A stretch of 64,000 bases of DNA from Macrostomum lignano (Eukaryota): NCBI GenBank assembly GCA_002269645.1, contig NIVC01002095.1:1-64000 (forward strand), written 5' to 3'. The first letter of the stretch is position 1, and each line of letters opens with the position of its first letter. The notes under the pieces were generated by a model, which saw only the letters and a list, made by a program, of their open reading frames with translations, made no database searches and had not been told where the DNA came from. The translations under genes and the position numbers were made by a program. Positions 61,501 through 64,000 of the stretch are shown piece by piece.

Positions 61501-64000
61501 ACAGGCTGATTACCTTGAAATACAGGCTAGCTAACAGGTGAAACAGGTGAAATGATTGCGATCAAGTAATACTTCTATGCAACATCTTAAACTACGTCAA
61601 AAAGTACACAACGCAACCCCCGCCGCAACCTGCCCCCAGGGCAACAGCCTTCGCACAGCGACAGCCAGAGGCACCAACCCTGACTGGAGTGCCAGCATCG
61701 AGTTGCCGTTCCGGCCGACAAGCGCCGGCCAGAAGCCGGAGACCATTTCGGACGAACTGGTGCTGACTGTATTCAACGACATGAGCTACACTCAAACAGC
61801 TGAGGGCGGTCAGCAGGATTTGAGCTCCGTGATCGTCAGAGAGAAGCACTTCCTAGCCAGCATCGCCATCCCATTCTCAGCCATCTACATCAACGAAAAG
61901 GTCAAAGGTCGGCTACAACTGCGGATGCCAGAATTTCTAATGGGCTACGGCGCCTCCGCTAGCGAAGCTGCTTCGGCCGATGGTCAGCAGTCGAAGAAGC
62001 GTCGACACTCGCCAGCGCTGAAGGTGTTCATTAGTCTGCAGCCGCACCTGGCGAGGCCGACTCTGTTGCAGCAGACGTTTGACACGGCTCACGATTCGGC
62101 CAGGTTGGAATTTGTGGCTAAATGTATTTTGGTATCAGAAATCAGGGGTGGTAGCCTAGTGGTCAGGGCGTCGGACTCACGACTTGAAGGTCGGGGGCTC
62201 GATTCCCGAATCCCACTGGAACAATTTGTGTCCTTGAGCAAGACACTTAACTCTGCATTGCTTCAGTTCACCCAGCTGTAAAATGGATGCCAGCATTAGC
62301 TGGGGTAATTGAGGGTGAGTGTGGCGACCCCCCCCCCCCAGTCCTTGGGACTGAACAGCCGTACGCAGCCTTCAGATGCGCCGTGCAATAGCTGCGGCTG
62401 AGCTGTCGGTTGTACATCCGGCCATTAGGGCAGGTGTAATCAATTATTAATATATATTATATTATTATTTAAAAAATATATTCTTTCACACCACTTTTAT
62501 TATATAACTTAAAAGAATACTGTCTCCACTGTGCTTGACAATAATTAATACTGCAGTCCTGACACAAACACTGCAGTCCTGACACAAACACTGCAGTCCT
62601 GACACTAGCACTGCAGTCCTGACACTACCACTGCAGTCCTGACACTAATACTGCAGTCCTGACACAAACACTACAGCTCTGACACTAATACTGCAGTCCT
62701 GACACAAACACTGCAGTCCTGACACAAACACTGCAGTCCTGACACTAGCACTGCAGTCCTGACACTACCACTGCAGTCCTGACACTAATACTGCAGTCCT
62801 GACACAAACACTACAGCTCTGACACAAACACTGCAGTCCTGACACTAGCACTGCAGTCCTGACACTAATACTGCAGTCCTGACACAAACACTACAGCTCT
62901 GACACTAATACTGCAGTCCTGACACTAGCACTGCAGTCCTGACACTAACACTGCAGTCCTGACACAAACACTACAGCTCTGACACTAATACTGCAGTCCT
63001 GACACAAACACTACAGCTCTGACACTAATACTGCAGTCCTGACACAAACACTACAGCTCTGACACAAGCACCACAGTCCTGACGCTAAAAGCAGTAGCTG
63101 TATAAAACGCTTTGAAACCAACGCAAGAAAAGCACTTACCCCCCTCCCACCGCAAACAGACAATGGGTCCACAACACGAAGCAGAGCATAGCCATACTCA
63201 ACGAGCAGGTCAAGAAGACTCGCCTTGAACTGCAGTCCGACCCAAACAAGGCGGCCGACGAGTTTCTGTACAACCCTCGTGCATTCGTGGTCAGCATGGA
63301 AGTCAAGGAGGTCTTCGTGTCCTGCTACATGGTTAAGGGCGGCATGCCGCCGCCTCCGGAGCTGTTTCAAAGAGGCAGTCAGGGCGAGGTCACCGACCTG
63401 GAGCTGAAAAAGGTGCGGACTGGAAAACTGAAGCAGAGATTTGCTCGGCTTGGTGTTCTGTTTGTTTAACAAGATTTATTAGACCCAAGATGCATCAACA
63501 GGATCTGAGGGTGGTGACAGCACCCACTGAAGGATCTGAGAAGAGTGATATCTCGGAGTTAAGAATCTTTACCACCATCTTCTGAAAGTGTCTTGCAGTT
63601 TAGTCAATTCCAAATTGTATTTATCGTACTCGTGTATCTTACTTAACTACTTAATATGCAAGTTTCAGTAGTATCGATCGCAGATATCTTTATCTATTTC
63701 TTTCTCATCAATTCAGGCCATTGTTGCTCGCTACGTCTCGTTAGTGCCGTTCGTTAGCGACGCGTCGGCATTTCCTGGTCTGGTGGATATCTGGAACACC
63801 TGCGAGGTTTGAACAAACAAATTTGTGGTCAATAACGTTAGACAAAACGATGCTTAAATGATGGACATTGATTTGTGTGACTGCGTACGTATCCGGATGA
63901 CTTGCATTAAAAGCGCCCGGAACCTATGCACCTTTTTTAGGAGTTCCTTGACTACCAAGCAGGCGACGAAGAGGAACACGCTGTCCTGCTGGCGAACTAC
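48477..64000 (+). CDS. CC2D2A: Coiled-coil and C2 domain-containing protein 2A (MKS6), exons 1-15, 3' end beyond window
   Basis: Exons 48477-48644, 49335-49685, 50168-50212, 50595-50868, 52073-52215, 53482-54069, 56436-56857, 57490-57597, 57729-57909, 58632-59144, 60603-60977, 61640-62103, 63160-63412, 63717-63806 and 63941-64000 join in phase with GT-AG; the exon 4 acceptor is least certain. Conserved motifs: EGLYVGRRP..GN, WIGEDG..LPDP, PFVEATFQ..RT.TARGTNPDW, VARYVSLVPF..D, DIW.TCEEFLD..AGDEEEHAVLLANY. Confidence 0.95.
48745..54900. repeat. Distinct minisatellites filling CC2D2A introns 1-6
   Basis: 48745-49320 21-bp TTAGGATTCAATGGCGC; 49715-49950 20-bp GTGTCACCTGTTAGACAGGA; 50330-50565 16-17-bp GAGTGAC(TAGAAT/AAGAGT); 50880-52045 22-bp TCACCTGTTAGACA core; 52300-53460 CCCAGAT/GCCAGTTT units; 54110-54900 AAATCTACC units. 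Confidence 0.93.
54937..56420 (+). mobile_element. tRNA-derived SINE, family A, copy 2, split by a Crypton insertion
   Basis: 54937-55135 matches the head of the 40047 SINE (GGCCGTAGCCCAG..GGCTCGATTCCAAGTGCAGTC). 56231-56420 resumes with its body (CTGCGTACGTATCCGCGCGCTTG..CTCAGGGGAGTCGGCGGAATGGGCAG) and tail. Confidence 0.88.
55136..56230 (+). mobile_element. Internally deleted Crypton-like tyrosine-recombinase DNA transposon (1095 bp)
   Basis: 55458-55541 spliced over a 76-bp intron (55542-55617) to 55618-55968 gives HCVRPTVVTELHEAGFSVEKIAKVTGHK|NSASVERY (H-x-x-R, GH and catalytic Y of tyrosine recombinases). 7-bp direct repeat ACAATGT at 55129-55135 and 56224-56230; no TIRs; long hairpin at 55154-55221. 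Confidence 0.85.
56915..63075. repeat. Distinct repeats filling CC2D2A introns 7-12
   Basis: 56915-57190 GTTGCCCTTAGCAAC units; 57935-58620 (CTAA)n; 59190-60550 22-bp AGTTGGGCGCCACTCTTCTTAT; 61090-61520 20-21-bp CAGGCTGAT(T)ACCAGGT; 62545-63075 20-bp CTGCAGTCCTGACAC(TAATA/AAACA). Confidence 0.93.
62145..62470 (+). mobile_element. tRNA-derived SINE, family B, with CORE/Meta-like central domain
   Basis: Box A TAGCCTAGTGG, box B GGCTCGATTCC, then TGTGTCCTTGAGCAAGACACTTAAC..CTTCAGTT..CTGTAAAATGG (resembles the conserved CORE-type block), followed by an AT-rich (TAT)n tail. Lies in CC2D2A intron 12. Confidence 0.82.

Overview
Repeat-rich animal genomic DNA with GC-rich exons and minisatellite-filled introns. 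The composition resembles the flatworm Macrostomum, but that is inference only. Six host genes could be spliced by hand: TXNDC15 (+, with an apparent 1-bp frameshift), a poly-Q C2H2 zinc-finger gene (+), a compact CEP70 (-), MRPL2 (+), a Yippee/YPEL gene (+) and the first 15 exons of CC2D2A (+, running off the window). Mobile DNA, much of it invisible in the ORF track, includes a decayed mariner, a hAT-type MITE with an exact 8-bp TSD, and a LINE whose endonuclease carries an in-frame 180-bp palindromic insertion. A ~15.8-kb TIR-bounded Mutator element encodes a spliced transposase-SWIM-Ulp1-PHD protein and contains a head-to-tail Helitron trimer and a Penelope-type minimal hammerhead ribozyme. 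There are also three tRNA-derived SINEs, one split by an internally deleted Crypton (tyrosine-recombinase) transposon. Most long ORFs in the track are translation artefacts of simple repeats. All family assignments come from motif recognition, not database searches.
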